A stretch of DNA of 63,766 nucleotides, the filler included, from Octopus bimaculoides (Eukaryota), in the NCBI RefSeq assembly GCF_001194135.2. It is 7 parts of 7 records of this genome, joined end to end, with 100 filler letters (N's around TTAATTAATTAA, not from the genome) between each part and the next. Parts side by side here need not be neighbours in the genome. Positions count along the whole stretch, not along the records: positions 59,948 to 61,784 come from NW_026328321.1; positions 61,885 to 63,766 come from NC_068995.1; 5 more parts are not named here. One strand, 5' to 3'. Positions 61,415 to 63,766 of the stretch are shown piece by piece. The number at the start of each line of letters is the position of its first letter. Position 1 is the first letter of the stretch. Made by a program: the position numbers and the translations under genes. Below the pieces are notes generated by a model. The model was not told where the DNA came from. It searched no databases and worked only from the letters and a program-made list of their open reading frames with translations.

Positions 61415-61643
61415 TAGTAATCCATCGCCATATCGGGGTTCACCTATCACGGTTTATTATTTAAGCTTCCGTCGATTCCTTCGTGGTGTTGTTTGACATT
61501 TATAATAAAGTAAATATATACAAATTATAAAAATAATAATTAAAAAATATATATACAGTACAATACTGTTTCTACTTCGCGGATTTTCACTTATCGCGGG
61601 ATGGTTTTGGAACGTAACGCCCGCGATCGTCGAGGGATTACTG
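61415..61643. mobile_element. Tigger/pogo-type MITE
   Basis: TA + TAGTAATCCATCG ... CGAGGGATTACTG + TA; GGAACGTAAC..CCCGCGA subterminal motif. Confidence 0.7.
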
Positions 61644-61828
61644 TATACTTGTGTTTGCTTTGGTATTAATATCGATATTGAAAATATCGACCTCTTTTTA
61701 AAGAATTATGGGCCTAGTTTTATACCCCTAAGCAAATTTCGCTCCCGCCCTTATGTTTACTATAATCAGCTCTTTAAATCTTCANNNNNNNNNNNNNNNN
61801 NNNNNNNNNNNNNNNNNNNNNNNNNNNN

Positions 61829-61840
61829 TTAATTAATTAA
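61829..61840. other. Artificial scaffold-join spacer
   Basis: TTAATTAATTAA embedded in N run. Confidence 0.95.
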
Positions 61841-61884
61841 NNNNNNNNNNNNNNNNNNNNNNNNNNNNNNNNNNNNNNNNNNNN

Positions 61885-61927
<43 letters not shown>

Positions 61928-62220
61928 ATGTACGTATGTATGTATGTATGTATGTATGTATGTATGTATGTATGTATATAAACAGTTACTTAGAAGTGTC
62001 GCTGGTCGTCCCATACAGACACATCATCCGGCGAAACTTTGAAGTCACTTTAAATAATTCTCTTAAAAATACCAGATTCCAAGCCTGGGTATTATGTTCT
62101 TTATTCATGAACATCACCTCCAGTAGTAGCAGCAGCAGCAGCAGCAGCCTCTCCGTCACATCATCATCATCATCATCATCATAACTTTCCTCATTATTAT
62201 ATTCTGCATTAAGACGACAA

Positions 62221-62635
62221 GGTGACAGAAACGTTAACACACCAGGCAAAAATGCTTTGTGGCATTTCGTCCGTCTTTACTTTCCGAGTTCAAATTCCTC
62301 CGAGGTCGACTTTGCCTTTCGTCCATTCTGGGTCGATAAATTAAGTACCGATGAAACAACGGGCTCGACGTAATCGATTAGTTCACCCAACCCCCAAATT
62401 TCAGACCTTTTCCCTTGAATAGAAAGGATTATCATATTCTATATTACGGTGGACAAAATGCTTAGCAGCATTTCGCCTGTCTTGACGTTCTGAGTTCAAG
62501 TTCCACCGAGGCCGACTTCACCTTTCATGCTATTGGGGGGGGGGGTCGATAAAATAAGTACCAGTTGTGCGCTGGTGGTCGATCTAATTGACTTACACCT
62601 TGCCTCGAATTTGCTGGCTTTGTGTCACAATTGGA
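62221..62635 (+). mobile_element. Two more tandem SINE family A copies
   Basis: TTCCGAGTTCAAATTCC..GAGGTCGACTTTG and TTCTGAGTTCAAGTTCC..GAGGCCGACTTC bodies. Confidence 0.85.
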
Positions 62636-63766
62636 AACCGTTATCATATTTTATATTGTTCTTTGTTGCTTTTGTTGTTGCTGTTGTTTGTTTGGTTGTT
62701 TTTTGTTTGGGGGGGGGTATCCAAAACAGTATGGACATAATTAGGTAGAAAGGAATACTTGGCAAAGTATGTAAGCAAGAACACAGACGCACCACCACCA
62801 CCACCACCATCACAACCATCACCACTACCAACACTACCACCATCACCACAACACGACTAATACCCACCGACCATCACTATCAGCAGCACCCACTACCTCC
62901 ACTACTACCACTACACCATCACAAACCACAACCAACACAATTAGCGCCCCCGCCATCACCTCCACCAACTCTCTCACCACCACTACCACCACTACCACCA
63001 CCCTCTTTACGTAACAGTATATATTTTATAAGGATGTATTGTTTGAATATTGAAATATCTGATTGCGATGTTGTTGTTGTTGTACTTGCTGTCTCTTCTT
63101 ATTTTTGTTTTTATTGCTATTGTTGTTATTGTTGCTGTTACGTTTGTAAATTTTCCGATTCTTTATCTTTTAAAACAGAAATAAAAGATATCTGTGAATA
63201 TTTCCTCCTACAATGGCTGCCAATTAGAAAAAAAATCGTTGAAGTGTCAGGATAATAACATATTACACTATTCACTAACACCCATTTAACTTCCGGTTTA
63301 TATACAATGGAATACCCGCATGTGACTTTGTGCGAGAATGAGATACCAATATTTACATCTACATTAGTAATGGGTTCGCAAATTGGAAGAACATCGTGCA
63401 AAATGGTGGCGAATTGATAGACGTGGGGGGAGTAGTTGGGAGACAGACAGAAACATGATCGATTGGGAGAATCGTTAAAACATCAGATAAAATTAACGAC
63501 GCGTATATTATCATATATAAGTTCATATACACAAAGACACGCAACAGTACTCACGGTGGGATTTATTTTAGAAATTTTCTATACTAAAATATGCTCAAAA
63601 TGATGGAAGCGGATTGTTGGACACCCGTGTTTCGGTGTAATTCTGCCTCGTCGGGGATAGATATCACATATCTTTTATCTTTTACTTCTTTCAGTCATTA
63701 GACATCGGCCATGCTAGAGTACTACTTTGAAGAATTTGTAACCGAACGAATCGACCCTATATATAT

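Noticed and set aside
14685-61840. Regularly recurring TTAATTAATTAA as a CRISPR-like or biological repeat
   Set aside because: Artificial assembly linker; no spacer-repeat array or cas genes anywhere

Overview
AT-rich, heavily gapped animal genomic DNA. The SINE families and extreme (TA)n/(TG)n density point to an octopus or coleoid cephalopod (inference from recalled repeat families, not a database match). It is a pseudomolecule of about seven pieces joined by artificial N44-TTAATTAATTAA-N44 spacers. No long host CDS, rRNA, tRNA gene or CRISPR array is visible, and most listed ORFs are gap or microsatellite artefacts. The content is a transposon graveyard: three or more tRNA-derived SINE families, two Penelope-like elements (PLEs) plus a PLE-terminus-like inverted-repeat element, L1/Tx1-, CR1- and HERO-type LINE fragments, a Buster hAT with nested insertions, Tc1/mariner elements (one DD36E), a Helitron Rep fragment, MITEs and a solo LTR. 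There are one or two candidate small host exons. Top signals: (1) an ORF-less ~1.2 kb inverted-repeat element with covarying minimal hammerhead ribozymes in both polarities (21967-23190); (2) further hammerheads in both PLE termini; (3) a Tx1-like LINE whose 5' end abuts a SINE head cut between the A- and B-boxes, suggesting SINE-targeted insertion; (4) a TIR-intact DD36E (Incomer-type) Tc1 derivative.
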